DNA of 64,000 nt from Patescibacteria group bacterium (GCA_038063915.1 JBBTUE010000001.1:23619-87618); one strand, 5' to 3'. Counted from the first letter of the stretch, positions 17,775 to 28,727 are shown. Numbers and translations are program-made. Notes: generated from the letters alone by a model not told the origin.

Positions 17775-19709
17775 ATGAATTATCTAGAGTCCTTAAATGA
17801 TAAACAAAAAGAGGCAGTACTCTATACGGAGGGGCCTCTTTTGATTGTAGCAGGGGCAGGGGCAGGTAAGACAAAGACTATTACTCATCGCATAATTCAC
17901 CTAATTCACGAGGGAGTTAACCCAAGTTCGATTCTTGCCCTAACTTTTACCAACAAAGCTGCAAAGGAAATGCGCGATCGAGTATATTCATTGCTCGAAG
18001 ATAGAGAACATGGCACAAGTGAAGGTGGGCCTTTTCTTTCAACTTTCCACTCTCTCGGAGTCCATATTATAAAAGAAAATGCCCATCTTATAGGTCTAAC
18101 AAAGCACTTCGCTATTGCTGATGAACATGATGCCCTAGTTATCATTAAAGATGCCATGAAGGCTCGCGATATTGATCCAAAGCAGTACGAACCTAGAAAG
18201 ATAAAAAGTATTATATCGAAAGCCAAAGGTGACTTTATCTCTTGTGATACATATACTGAGAACGCTAGTAGCGCTATGGGAAGTATTGTAGCCAGCATTT
18301 GGCGTGAATATGAGCGAAGATTAAAAGAAGAAAAAGCTTTAGACTTTGACGACTTACTACTTGAGACAGTTTTAATATTAAAAAAATATCCAGAAATAAA
18401 ACAAACTTATCGAGAGAGATGGAAATATATTCACATAGATGAGTATCAAGATACGAATGAAGTCCAATATGAACTGACAAAGTTATTAGTTGGAAAGGAC
18501 GAGAATATTTGCGTCGTGGGCGACACTGATCAAAATATTTATAGCTGGCGCGGAGCAAATATTAAAAACATGCTTCACTTTGAGAAAGATTACCCGAATG
18601 CAAAAGTTATAATACTCGAGCAGAACTATCGCTCGACCAAGAATATTATCGAGGCAGCAAATAGTGTCATAAAGAAGAACCAATATCGAGTAGACAAAAC
18701 ACTATTCACAGAAAATAACGTTGGAGATACTATTAGTATATACGAAGCTTATGATGAGGCAGTGGAGGCAGAATTTGTAGCGGAATCAATTCAAGAGTTA
18801 TTGAAAAGTAACTCACCAGAAGATATAGCAATACTATATAGAGCAAACTTTCAATCAAGAGTCCTAGAGGAAGCATTGCTTAGCCGGCTCATACCATATC
18901 AAGTTTTGGGTATTAAATTCTTTGAGAGAAGAGAAGTGAAAGATTTACTCTCTTATATTCGCGCATCTTACAACAGAGAAAGCCTCTCGGATATTAAACG
19001 CATTATAAACACACCAACCCGTGGTATAGGTAAAGTAACATTGGCGAAATTGTTTGCTGGTGATACTACAAACTTGCCAGTTGCGATGCAAGAGAAAATA
19101 AATAAATTCTATTTACTTCTCGATAAAATCCGCGAATACACAGACGCCCATACTCCATCCGAATCTATAAAGTATGTAATAAAAGAAACTGGGCTTGAAG
19201 ATGAACTAGCGCATGGACCAAGTGACGAGCAAGAACGCTTGGAAAATATGAAGGAATTGGTGACCCTAGCCACCAAGTATGATTCTATGCACCAAGGTGA
19301 GGGAATAGAGAAATTGCTTGAAGATGCTTCTTTAGCAAGTGATCAAGATACACTTATGCACAAAGAAAGCCTGCCTGCCGGTAGGCAGGGTGTGAGGCTC
19401 ATGACAGTACATGCATCAAAAGGGCTTGAATTCAAATATGTTTTCGTCACTGGAATGGAGCAAGATCTTTTCCCTCATGCACGAAGCGACGGAAAATCAA
19501 AAGAAGATTCTGAAGAAGAGAGGAGGCTTTTCTATGTAGCTCTGACGCGTGCAAGACACAAATTATTCCTTTCTTACGCGTCGCTTCGTACTATTTTTGG
19601 AAGTAAGCAAGTAAATACTCCGAGTGAATTTATTTATGATATCCCAGAGCATCTGACAGACTTCGACCAAGGTGGACCAAAAAGTGGCGAGAGAGTGGTG
19701 TACTTATAA
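17775..19709 (+). CDS. UvrD/PcrA/Rep-family ATP-dependent DNA helicase
   Basis: Motif I (AGAGAGKTKTITHRI), Ia (ILALTFTNKAAKEM), II (IHIDEYQDTN), III (VVGDTDQNIYSWRGA), V/VI (MTVHASKGLEFKYVFVTG; VALTRARHKLFLSY). Confidence 0.85.
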   Translation: MNYLESLNDKQKEAVLYTEGPLLIVAGAGAGKTKTITHRIIHLIHEGVNPSSILALTFTNKAAKEMRDRVYSLLEDREHGTSEGGPFLSTFHSLGVHIIKENAHLIGLTKHFAIADEHDALVIIKDAMKARDIDPKQYEPRKIKSIISKAKGDFISCDTYTENASSAMGSIVASIWREYERRLKEEKALDFDDLLLETVLILKKYPEIKQTYRERWKYIHIDEYQDTNEVQYELTKLLVGKDENICVVGDTDQNIYSWRGANIKNMLHFEKDYPNAKVIILEQNYRSTKNIIEAANSVIKKNQYRVDKTLFTENNVGDTISIYEAYDEAVEAEFVAESIQELLKSNSPEDIAILYRANFQSRVLEEALLSRLIPYQVLGIKFFERREVKDLLSYIRASYNRESLSDIKRIINTPTRGIGKVTLAKLFAGDTTNLPVAMQEKINKFYLLLDKIREYTDAHTPSESIKYVIKETGLEDELAHGPSDEQERLENMKELVTLATKYDSMHQGEGIEKLLEDASLASDQDTLMHKESLPAGRQGVRLMTVHASKGLEFKYVFVTGMEQDLFPHARSDGKSKEDSEEERRLFYVALTRARHKLFLSYASLRTIFGSKQVNTPSEFIYDIPEHLTDFDQGGPKSGERVVYL

Positions 19710-19713
19710 TATT

Positions 19714-20511
19714 ATGATTCATAAAGCGAAAAAATCTTTAGGCCAAAATTTTCTCAAATCAGAACCGGCTTTGCGCGCTATGTGCGAGGCGGGGAATTTA
19801 AATGCAAACGATGTAGTTCTTGAAATTGGTCCTGGTAAAGGAGCATTGACTGCAAAACTTTTAGAAAAGGCGTCGAAAGTTATCGCCATCGAGAAAGACC
19901 GTGCGCTCGTCACATTTTTAAAAGAGAAATTTAAAAACGAAATAGAAAATAAAAAACTTGAACTAATAGAGGGGGATTGTCTGGAATTTGAACCAGCGTC
20001 CTACAAACTTGGATCTGGAGAATACAAAATAATTGCAAACATTCCATATAATATTACTGGTGCGATATTTAAAAAGTTCTTATCTGGAAATGAGAAGCCG
20101 GGGGTTATGGTGCTATTAGTGCAAAAAGAAGTGGCTATGCGAATAGTTGCTCGAGATAAAAAGGAGAGTATTTTATCTCTTAGTGTGAAACTATACGGCA
20201 CACCAAAATATATCATGAAGGTTGGAAAAAGATTTTTTTCTCCGAGTCCGAAAGTTGACTCCGCAATTATCGCTATCACTGATATTGATAGTACTCATGC
20301 TAATTCTCTAGATAGAAAGTTCTTTGAAGTCATAAAAGCAGGGTTTGCCCACAAGCGCAAAGTTTTGAGGAAGAATCTTGAAATACTAGCACCTATAGAT
20401 GCAATAGATGAAGTGTTCGAAAAGTTAAATATAGGCAAAAGCGCTCGTGCAGAGGACCTTCCACTTGCAATATGGCTTACCGTAACTGTATATTTATCTA
20501 AATATCTCTAG
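19714..20511 (+). CDS. rsmA: 16S rRNA (adenine1518/1519-N6)-dimethyltransferase RsmA/KsgA
   Basis: KKSLGQNFL...VLEIGPGKGALT...IANIPYNITG are the diagnostic KsgA motifs. The track ORF starts at GTG 19672; the ATG at 19714 (MIHKAKKSLGQNFL) is the likely start. Confidence 0.85.
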   Translation: MIHKAKKSLGQNFLKSEPALRAMCEAGNLNANDVVLEIGPGKGALTAKLLEKASKVIAIEKDRALVTFLKEKFKNEIENKKLELIEGDCLEFEPASYKLGSGEYKIIANIPYNITGAIFKKFLSGNEKPGVMVLLVQKEVAMRIVARDKKESILSLSVKLYGTPKYIMKVGKRFFSPSPKVDSAIIAITDIDSTHANSLDRKFFEVIKAGFAHKRKVLRKNLEILAPIDAIDEVFEKLNIGKSARAEDLPLAIWLTVTVYLSKYL

Positions 20512-20547
20512 GATATTCTAGATTTTGATTGTATAATATTCGTATAA

Positions 20548-21420
20548 ATGGATAAGGAATACCTACCGAGTAAGAAGTTTATAGTGAGCGTAGCAACTAT
20601 TGTGATAGGTGTCTCGTTAATTTTTGGTATCTATAAGTTGGTAATATTTATAAAGAATAAGGTAGGTAAAGGAAAGTCGCCGACTGCGCTCATTGTAAAA
20701 GATTTGGTAGAGAAAGATGCCAACGAAAACGGTATCCCAGACTGGGAGGAATCATTATGGGGACTTGATCCCACAAAAAGTGGCTCCGAAAATAAGGAGT
20801 TTATCCTGGCAAAGCGGGCTACTATCGCAAAGGCTCATCCAGAATTAGTAGATAATACCAAGCCAGTATCAGAAAACGAAGCACTATCAAGAGATTTCTT
20901 CTCTATTATTATGTCACTACAGCAAGGTAATGCTCTAGACCAGACTTCAATTCAAGCAGTTTCAGAAGCAATAGGGAAGGACATAGAAGCCGAACCAATT
21001 GCCGATATATACACTAGGAAGACGGTAAAGGTTGTAGAATCTAACCCAAATACTATTAGTGACTATTACGGAGCATTTATCAATCTTGTAATAGAGTATA
21101 GTGATAAAAATATTGGCGACGAGCTGACCTTTATAAATCAAGGACTACAAAACAATGACCCAAAGGCCATAAAAGAAATAAACTCAATATCAAAGGCATA
21201 CAAAGCTTTCGGGGCTGAATTTATAAAGGTCCCAGTACCCAATACCTTGGTAAATACTCATATAAGTCTAGCAAATAACTATGAAAAGGTAGGGCAGATT
21301 GTTGCCAATATGACGGATTTACTCGGCAACCCATTAAATGGCATAAAATCATTTATAAATTATAAAAAATACAGCGATGCTCTGACAGATGATGTAGATA
21401 AACTTACTGCCGACCAATAA
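20548..21420 (+). CDS. membrane-anchored hypothetical protein (first gene of T4SS-like cluster)
   Basis: N-terminal TM (FIVSVATIVIGVSLIFGIYKLVIFI), then NGIPDWEESLWGLDP (thrombospondin-type-3/Ca-binding-like DxDxDG-WEE motif common in CPR surface proteins). Confidence 0.4.
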   Translation: MDKEYLPSKKFIVSVATIVIGVSLIFGIYKLVIFIKNKVGKGKSPTALIVKDLVEKDANENGIPDWEESLWGLDPTKSGSENKEFILAKRATIAKAHPELVDNTKPVSENEALSRDFFSIIMSLQQGNALDQTSIQAVSEAIGKDIEAEPIADIYTRKTVKVVESNPNTISDYYGAFINLVIEYSDKNIGDELTFINQGLQNNDPKAIKEINSISKAYKAFGAEFIKVPVPNTLVNTHISLANNYEKVGQIVANMTDLLGNPLNGIKSFINYKKYSDALTDDVDKLTADQ

Positions 21421-21449
21421 TATGTTATACTATAAGGGATAAATCTATT

Positions 21450-24182
21450 ATGAATAAAGGAATTACAAGAAAAATCGTTTCAACTTTAATCATCGCTTTA
21501 TTCCTAGTGGAAGCTGTTTTACCATTACAGACATATGCCGCTATCTCGACAAACGGTTTTACGACTCCTACGGGCCAAGCATCTACCCCTCTAAACTACG
21601 ACAATCCAAATAAGGGTGACAACCCATTTAAACCAAAAGTTAAAGATTTCTTGAACCCTCAGCTACTATCCCAAGTTGTTGGGTGTACTGGTATTGTAAA
21701 CAAGGTTTCGGACAAAGTACTTGCAGCTGTGGAGAAGGTTGCCGGTAAATTAATAGGCAAGGCGAAAAAGGCCGTAGAAGACTTTGTAAAAAAACAACTA
21801 GCAAAAAAGGTGAAAGATAACGTAGTTATTGTAGTAGTAGATGTCGTCAAAACAGCTTTAGCTGCAACAGTCACTTCACCTGGATCAGGATTTGGAAATG
21901 CAGCTGGTGATGCATTAGAGGACGTTGGAAGAGAGACTATAACGGCAAGAGATGCAAATGACGCAGGTGTGCAGAAAAGACAGGACAAAGCAGCGGAGGA
22001 TAAACTTGCAAAAGATAAAGACGACGAAAGAAAGAGAGTGCAAAAAGAATACAGAGAAAACTGCTTAAACGGTATCGCAATTCAACTTGCGAAAAATCAA
22101 CTCTCAGCAATGACCAAGCACACCATGAGTTGGATAAATACTGGATTTAGTGGAGATCCATTCTATGTCAAAAATGTAAGTAAATATATGGACGATATAG
22201 AAAGGGGAATCTTAGCAGAAGAAACAAGACTATTTAAAGGTGCAGGTAGTAGTATTAATTATCCATATGGTCAGGACTTTGCTCGAGGTGCAATATCGAC
22301 AGAGCAAGCATCTAAAAACTTTGCCGAATCAACAAAACAAAATCTTACCAGTTACCTCGCACCAGGAAAAACCGTTGATGATTTTGCGAATGATTTTTCC
22401 GCAGGTGGAAAACGTCCGTGGGATGCATGGTATTCGCTAACTCAAGATGATAATAATAACCCGTTCGGCTTTGCGGCAAATAATGCTAATAATATTATCG
22501 ACAAACAAGCAGACGCAAAGGAGCAGGCGAAGGCGGAGTTAGTAGAAGGGGAAGGGTATAGACCGCAAAAGGTCTGCAAGGAGTGGGCAAAACCAGACAA
22601 TAATTATGACGCTTCTATGTATTCAACCCCAGAAGAATGGTTTGCTTCGGAAGAATATGCCTCTTTATCTAAAACTAAATGCCTAGTGTATGAGACGGTT
22701 ACCCCTGGTAGTACTATAAAAGCTAAAGTTGATACATACATAAATACACCAGAGAATCAGCTCACATTAGTGCGGACAATGAACGATGCCCTAAACGCTT
22801 TTTTCACTATGATACTTGGCAAATTTACAAGTAAAGGAGGACTTGCTGGACTAAATCCAGCATTAAATATCCCTTCTGGGACTTCTGTTGGTGAAGAGAT
22901 AACGAGAAACATAAGATTCGATGAGGATGGATATGTAATGGTAGAAGATACTCCATACGGAGAAGGAATAATAGCTTCAAATACTACAACTGGAGTAAAT
23001 GTTGGTAATGGCTTCACTACACCTACAGCAACTAGTGGAGGTGGAGTAACGAATAGTTCCCATGCGTATATACAAGATGATGGTTTTGATATCACAAAAG
23101 ACCTTGGTAATATTTACGACCAAGACGGAGTGCTAATCAAAAAAGGTGTTATTCAAAATCAATACGACTACATAGATGCAATGGGTATCTATAGATCAGT
23201 CATTGCCGACGTACTGCCTGCTCTTGGCGAGCTTGATTATTGTATCCCGGGCCCGAATCCAAATTGGAGAGAGAACTCCAAAGAAGCGATAGACGCGTAT
23301 CTGGAGACCCTAACAGGTATAGGAGACGTGGGAGATGTGGGAGGACAACAATTTGAATATGCTCCAGAGGGTGCTTACGAATATCCTAAGCCGGTACCAG
23401 AAGTTCCTGCTAAAAAGAAACTATCATTCATTAAGAGATTGGCCATTATTATTAGTCCTACGGCGAGAATGAACGAAACGAGAAAGAAGTTTAAAGAGAT
23501 AAAGGAAAGAAGACAAAACGAAAAAGAGAGGGCTGTCATAGAGGCAGAGAATGAGAGAATTAGACTAAAGAACGAAAAAATAAGAGACGATATGTTAAAG
23601 GGTAAAAGACCACTCGACCCAATATTTATAGCCAACACTATTGGAAAAGATCGAGATTCTATTTTGAGAATGATTTCTCCAGAGAATACTGGGCTCGACC
23701 CCGTAAAACTTTTGGCAACCTTAGATGACTTTGAGGCATCAATAGATGCAACTTACGGCCTATCTGGTCCTATGCAAAACTACTGGAGCGGGAACAGTAA
23801 ATACTTGCAGATGTCACAAGAGGGCTTGAATCTGACAAAGAATATACCTGACTATATAGAAGAGATTGAGGCGGCCAAATCCGACTCGAGAGATTTGTTA
23901 GCCGAAGCAACTCCAAATCTCGACAAGCTAAAAGCAATTCAAATCAAAGTAAATGAGATAATAGCTGCCGCCCAGAAAAGAAGAAATGAGAAGGTGAGAA
24001 AGCAAGGTGGCCCCACTCTTAGCTCAGCATGTCTATTAAAAGAAAAGGTAACTTACACGGATTACAACGGCAAGATTATGTCTTCAGTTAGCGACAGGCC
24101 ACTGCCAATTATTAAAAGTAGGGAAGAAGTAATCAAAGACTACGCCCCTGTAGATAATTCATTAATAAAAGTATCCCAATAA
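21450..24182 (+). CDS. large secreted hypothetical protein (910 aa)
   Basis: Signal peptide (IVSTLIIALFLVEAVLPLQTYAA), then a long extracytoplasmic polypeptide with no catalytic motif recognisable. First large gene of the T4SS-like cluster; possible surface/adhesin component. Confidence 0.4.
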   Translation: MNKGITRKIVSTLIIALFLVEAVLPLQTYAAISTNGFTTPTGQASTPLNYDNPNKGDNPFKPKVKDFLNPQLLSQVVGCTGIVNKVSDKVLAAVEKVAGKLIGKAKKAVEDFVKKQLAKKVKDNVVIVVVDVVKTALAATVTSPGSGFGNAAGDALEDVGRETITARDANDAGVQKRQDKAAEDKLAKDKDDERKRVQKEYRENCLNGIAIQLAKNQLSAMTKHTMSWINTGFSGDPFYVKNVSKYMDDIERGILAEETRLFKGAGSSINYPYGQDFARGAISTEQASKNFAESTKQNLTSYLAPGKTVDDFANDFSAGGKRPWDAWYSLTQDDNNNPFGFAANNANNIIDKQADAKEQAKAELVEGEGYRPQKVCKEWAKPDNNYDASMYSTPEEWFASEEYASLSKTKCLVYETVTPGSTIKAKVDTYINTPENQLTLVRTMNDALNAFFTMILGKFTSKGGLAGLNPALNIPSGTSVGEEITRNIRFDEDGYVMVEDTPYGEGIIASNTTTGVNVGNGFTTPTATSGGGVTNSSHAYIQDDGFDITKDLGNIYDQDGVLIKKGVIQNQYDYIDAMGIYRSVIADVLPALGELDYCIPGPNPNWRENSKEAIDAYLETLTGIGDVGDVGGQQFEYAPEGAYEYPKPVPEVPAKKKLSFIKRLAIIISPTARMNETRKKFKEIKERRQNEKERAVIEAENERIRLKNEKIRDDMLKGKRPLDPIFIANTIGKDRDSILRMISPENTGLDPVKLLATLDDFEASIDATYGLSGPMQNYWSGNSKYLQMSQEGLNLTKNIPDYIEEIEAAKSDSRDLLAEATPNLDKLKAIQIKVNEIIAAAQKRRNEKVRKQGGPTLSSACLLKEKVTYTDYNGKIMSSVSDRPLPIIKSREEVIKDYAPVDNSLIKVSQ

Positions 24183-24192
24183 TAAGAAATTT

Positions 24193-24963
24193 ATGGAAAA
24201 TAATCCTAAAAAAAGTAAAGCTCTAATCATAACGATAATCGCGATCGTTGTGCTTGTAGCTGCTCTATACTTCTTGTTTAAAAATAGTGACAAAATTTTT
24301 GGCACAAAAGATACAGCCATTAGTAGACTATTTGCACCATTGCTTGGCTCGTCAAAAAAGAAAGCGGTGGATACTGTTAACAATACAAATACAGAACAGG
24401 GTGGGGGTACTACCGAAGACACCAGTGGAACTGTCAATAACGGGACAAATGAAGTAGTGGATGTAAATACAGGCAACAACCCGATAACAGGCGGTGTAAA
24501 CCCTATAACCCCACCACTAACACCTCTTCCGACTCCTGGAAATGATACTGCCAGTGGTGGATATACTCCTGCGCCAATTACTAACAACGATATATCACCG
24601 CTGCCTCCAATTAGAGCTCCTATCGATGAGCCGAAAATCTGCCCTGTTGAAGAAGAATTGGAATACACTAACGCAGAAAAAGACCAGCTTGCAGAACTGC
24701 TTCGTCAATATTATCTAATAGCTCCAGAGCTCAAAACTGCAGGTGAAGTCGCGATGATTAACGACGATGTAAGAAGAAATCAGGATCTAATAGATCATGC
24801 TGATACTTTAACTCTGCAATGTACTGCACAAAAGGTGAATCCAAAATACGCAGGCCCTAGTGCGACAAAGAATAATCCATATTATGGAAACTTAAATATC
24901 AAACCTGAGTTCTATGCTCCTAAACAATTCAATAGTTTAGAAGACGAGCTCAACATTTGGTAA
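24193..24963 (+). CDS. membrane-anchored hypothetical protein with Thr/Pro/Gly-rich linker
   Basis: N-terminal TM (ALIITIIAIVVLVAALYFLF), then a low-complexity NPITGGVNPITPPLTPLPTPGN region and a C-terminal globular part. Confidence 0.4.
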   Translation: MENNPKKSKALIITIIAIVVLVAALYFLFKNSDKIFGTKDTAISRLFAPLLGSSKKKAVDTVNNTNTEQGGGTTEDTSGTVNNGTNEVVDVNTGNNPITGGVNPITPPLTPLPTPGNDTASGGYTPAPITNNDISPLPPIRAPIDEPKICPVEEELEYTNAEKDQLAELLRQYYLIAPELKTAGEVAMINDDVRRNQDLIDHADTLTLQCTAQKVNPKYAGPSATKNNPYYGNLNIKPEFYAPKQFNSLEDELNIW

Positions 24964-24967
24964 CTAC

Positions 24968-27619
24968 ATGATAAGAAAACTCATCCCTTCCATCTTAATA
25001 GTTCTCATAGCCGTGAACCTATTCGCGCCTTTTACGCTTGGGATTGATAAAAAGAATAATATAGAAATAAAAAAATCAGTCGCGGAAGCTGACTTGTCTA
25101 TAACATTAGTAAAAATGAAGAGAACTAAAACATCAATCTCTTTTGGTTTTGATATTACACAACTAAGTAAGACAGATAACTTTGGCATAATAGCAGTGGT
25201 CACAAATAAAAAGGGAACTACTATGTCGAAAGAGTCTTTGGAGTTCATAAACTTCCAAGTTGGGTTAGGTGCTGGTAAAGACTGTGGAGCAATTAATGAT
25301 ACCCTTTTCACAATACCAAAAGATTCTAGAGTTGCTGGTGGTAGAGACGGTTGTGGTAGTAACTGGTTAAAAGATAATAGAAATGAGGGCTTGGCTACCG
25401 TAACTGTACCAAATTTAGTCAAAAATACACCTTATTATATAAGTTTTTTCGGCTATGCTGGAGATAAAGATATTGAAAAAAGTCTTGCCTTTCCAATATA
25501 CGACAGAGAAATTCGCACAACTTCTGATAACGAAGAAGATGATACTATAATGGAGGAACTTGGGACAACAAACTCAGACTCAGGGTACTTACCTTGGTGT
25601 ACTAGAGCTGTTTTTAAAGTTAATATTGGGGGTTGTTTTGCCCAAATTCTATACACAATTACTTTCAAGCCAACTTCATTTATTTTTGGGTTAGCTGGGC
25701 AGTTCTTTGACTTTACCTTCTTTTACTCCATAAGTGATAGCTCGTACCGATCAGGATTCGTAGTAGAGGGGTGGGGAGTAGTGCGTGACTTTGTAAATAT
25801 GTTCTTCATATTTGTCCTCCTCTATATTGCATTCTCGACAATATTATCTCTTCATGGATTTAAAACAAAAGAGATGATCATAAACGTTGTCATTATTGGA
25901 CTTCTTATAAATTTCAGTCTTTTCGCCACGCAAGTAATTATAGATACATCGAATATTCTGGCGCGCGTTTTCTATAACTCTGTAACGTCAGGCAGCGTAG
26001 ATGAAAGTACAAAGGAGTTTAAAGAAGAGAGGGGTGCACAAGGGGAGATTCAGCTTTCGGCACAAATTGTTAATATGGTTGATCCTCAGAAGCTTATAAT
26101 AAAAGCTTCAAGGGTCGGATCTACAGATAGAGGAACTACGGATAATTCGAATCAGTTTTCACGAGGTATAAGTGTTGGAACATTTATATTAGTGACTTTA
26201 CTTGCATCCGCGGTGAATGTAGTGGGTATAATTGTTTTTCTTTCTGTTGGCCTTATATTCTTAGCCCGAGTTATAGGCCTTTGGTTTGCGATGATATTCG
26301 TGCCATTCGCATTCTTCTCATATACCGTACCTGCCATGCAAGACATAGAAATGATTGGTTGGAAGAAGTGGTGGCCGGAAACTTTAAAATTGGCATTCCT
26401 AGCACCAATCTTTATGTTCTTTATGTATCTAATCATTAAATTCTTGGGTGGAAAAGAATTCTTGAAGCTCAACGGAGACAGCGGGGCAGCATTTATAATA
26501 GCAATCATTGTGCCTTTCATTTTTATAATGATTCTCCTACTCCGAGCAAAAGGTATTGCAAAAGATTTGTCTGGGAAAATTGGAGCAGCAATTACAAAAG
26601 GTGCCGTTGTAGCGGGAGGCCTTGCAGTTGCTGGTGGTGGATTGGCAGCTGCGGGTGGAGCAGCCCTTGGTAGGGGTCTGATAACGAACCCAATGAAAAT
26701 GATGCAATCGAGCCAGGCTACTAGAACTGCTGCACTAAAGAATTTCAGTATGGTTAAACCAGCTACTTGGGGCAAGGCTATGAGCGCACGTATGGCGAAT
26801 TTTAGTGTTAAGGGTGGCGGTAAGGGAGTTGGCACAGGAGTATATGATGTAGCTACCAGAAGAGAAATCAAAAGGGAGGGATCTAATAAACTAAGAGATA
26901 GACTACTTGGTATTAAAGATAGAAAAGCTGACAAGGGTCATGCATCACAATTACTCGACGAACAAGCGGATAAAATACAGAAGGGTGCAAAATACTCAGA
27001 TCTTTCTGCTCCAGAACAAGCTAAAGCTAAGACAACTATTAACAACAACGAGGTATCAAAAGCTTTGTTTGGTAAGGAATCTGATAAATTAGATAACTCA
27101 CAGATTTCTATGCTTTCAGGTATTGTAAATACAAACGGAGCAATCAATACTGCAGCACTGTCTACAGCAGCAACTACCTTGGGTAAAGATATATCGAAAT
27201 TCTACGATCCTACTAATGCTGACCCAACAAAAAGAGCAGTAAAGGATGCCAATCATCATGAGAAGATATACAACAAACCAGATAAAGATCACGTGGGTAA
27301 CGCGCTTGCATTCGCAGCGGGTGGAACGTACGACATAAGAAATATGAAGAGTGGTGGCCTTACTGCACTTGGCATTGCCTCAGCATTCCTAGGAATCGCT
27401 CCTGTATTTGCGCTCGCTATGTCAGCTCATACATCTGGCGCCCTAAGGACAGGTTTGAAAAAGTTCACAGGAGTAGATCATGGATTCTCGCAAAAGGACT
27501 TCTTGAAAGACTTGAGTCACACTTTAGACACAGCATTAAGTAGTATTAAAATTAGTGTAAAAACCGACGGCAAGGGTCACAGTGATGCAAAAGCAAAAGT
27601 AGGTGGGGGAGGACATTAA
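24968..27619 (+). CDS. TrbL/VirB6-like polytopic T4SS membrane protein with N-terminal secreted domain
   Basis: 883 aa: signal peptide plus a ~220-aa extracytoplasmic domain, 5-7 predicted TM helices (e.g. FVNMFFIFVLLYIAFSTILSL; VVIIGLLINFSLFATQVIID; FILVTLLASAVNVVGIIVFLSVGLIFLARVIGLWFAMIFVPFAFF; LAFLAPIFMFFMYLIIKFL; FIIAIIVPFIFIMILLL) and a Gly/Ala-rich hydrophilic tail (GAVVAGGLAVAGGGLAAAGGAALGRG) as in TrbL. Position next to the PrgI/VirB3 and VirB4 genes supports the call. Confidence 0.5.
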   Translation: MIRKLIPSILIVLIAVNLFAPFTLGIDKKNNIEIKKSVAEADLSITLVKMKRTKTSISFGFDITQLSKTDNFGIIAVVTNKKGTTMSKESLEFINFQVGLGAGKDCGAINDTLFTIPKDSRVAGGRDGCGSNWLKDNRNEGLATVTVPNLVKNTPYYISFFGYAGDKDIEKSLAFPIYDREIRTTSDNEEDDTIMEELGTTNSDSGYLPWCTRAVFKVNIGGCFAQILYTITFKPTSFIFGLAGQFFDFTFFYSISDSSYRSGFVVEGWGVVRDFVNMFFIFVLLYIAFSTILSLHGFKTKEMIINVVIIGLLINFSLFATQVIIDTSNILARVFYNSVTSGSVDESTKEFKEERGAQGEIQLSAQIVNMVDPQKLIIKASRVGSTDRGTTDNSNQFSRGISVGTFILVTLLASAVNVVGIIVFLSVGLIFLARVIGLWFAMIFVPFAFFSYTVPAMQDIEMIGWKKWWPETLKLAFLAPIFMFFMYLIIKFLGGKEFLKLNGDSGAAFIIAIIVPFIFIMILLLRAKGIAKDLSGKIGAAITKGAVVAGGLAVAGGGLAAAGGAALGRGLITNPMKMMQSSQATRTAALKNFSMVKPATWGKAMSARMANFSVKGGGKGVGTGVYDVATRREIKREGSNKLRDRLLGIKDRKADKGHASQLLDEQADKIQKGAKYSDLSAPEQAKAKTTINNNEVSKALFGKESDKLDNSQISMLSGIVNTNGAINTAALSTAATTLGKDISKFYDPTNADPTKRAVKDANHHEKIYNKPDKDHVGNALAFAAGGTYDIRNMKSGGLTALGIASAFLGIAPVFALAMSAHTSGALRTGLKKFTGVDHGFSQKDFLKDLSHTLDTALSSIKISVKTDGKGHSDAKAKVGGGGH

Positions 27620-27637
27620 TGGTAAAAAATTAATCTC

Positions 27638-28705
27638 ATGGATCAAACACAATTACAACAACAAATAGCTCTATATTACTCAAAACTTTCACCAGATTTA
27701 CAGGCGGTATTTTCTAGTATGAAGTGGATGGACAGTCTCAGGATTATCAACACTAAATACACTTTAAACGAAGCTCAAATACAGACGCTGGGAACAGAAA
27801 CTACTTTACTACTGATTGGTATCATAAACTTAGAAGAATTCGCGGAAACTCTATATAACGAGCTCGGGATAGAGAGTGATGTGGTAGAGAGAATAATAAC
27901 AGAGGTAAACGATTCTATATTAGAACCAATACTACCATCCCTTGATCAAGCATATCAAAATCATGTTGGATCTCTAGTAGCAGAGAAATACGAGGGATTG
28001 GAAAAATTAGACGAGCGTTTCCTTAAGCTGCCGAAAGAAGTCCAAAAAGCTATTAGCGAATCTCACTACCAGCAGACCCTATACACTATCGCAAGTAAAC
28101 AAAAACTTTCTATGGAGCAGATGGGAAGTCTTGAAGAAGCTACGAATAAGGTGTTGCTTGGTATCATTCACCCAGACAAGTACGAAACTGAGTTAAAAGA
28201 AAAACTAGGCCTGCCTGCAGATAAAACCACAGAGCTTGTAAATGACGTGAATGAAGGTGTGCTGAAAAATATCCGAGAAATATTAAAATCACACTGGAAC
28301 GACGGTAAAATCGGAGAAGTAAAACCAGAAGATGAAGTACCTATACCTCCATACGCACAAGTGAAAACTCCTGAAGCGCCAAGAGTTGAAATATCTGTCC
28401 CAAGTATAAATATAGCAGAAGTGCCAATCGAACTTCCTAAAGGAGAATCAGATATATATCAGAACGCAGGAATAGAGATGGTAAGTGAAGAAAAATCAGA
28501 CAAAGAAGACTTGGCCAAGAGTATTATTGGTAGTAAGCTGAGTCACTCTGTCGTTAGTAAACCTATCCTCAGCGATCATTCATTACCAAAAGTAAACTCT
28601 GCTCAGCCAGCCCAGCAACCTCCGGCTCCTGCTCCAGCACCAAGTAGCCCAGCTCCTGTTGCTCCTCCAGCACCAAAGCACGACCCTTACCACGAAGCCA
28701 TATAG
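27638..28705 (+). CDS. hypothetical cytoplasmic protein with Pro/Ala-rich C-terminus
   Basis: 355 aa, no TM; C-terminal QPAQQPPAPAPAPSSPAPVAPPAPK. Embedded between the VirB6-like and VirB3-like genes. Confidence 0.4.
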   Translation: MDQTQLQQQIALYYSKLSPDLQAVFSSMKWMDSLRIINTKYTLNEAQIQTLGTETTLLLIGIINLEEFAETLYNELGIESDVVERIITEVNDSILEPILPSLDQAYQNHVGSLVAEKYEGLEKLDERFLKLPKEVQKAISESHYQQTLYTIASKQKLSMEQMGSLEEATNKVLLGIIHPDKYETELKEKLGLPADKTTELVNDVNEGVLKNIREILKSHWNDGKIGEVKPEDEVPIPPYAQVKTPEAPRVEISVPSINIAEVPIELPKGESDIYQNAGIEMVSEEKSDKEDLAKSIIGSKLSHSVVSKPILSDHSLPKVNSAQPAQQPPAPAPAPSSPAPVAPPAPKHDPYHEAI

Positions 28706-28727
28706 CATTTTGTGATACAATATAAAT

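Noticed and set aside
26152-26934. 260-aa Pro/Ala-rich minus-strand ORF
   Set aside because: It is antisense to the Gly/Ala-rich tail of the TrbL-like gene (GGN/GCN codons read backwards) and has no start context.
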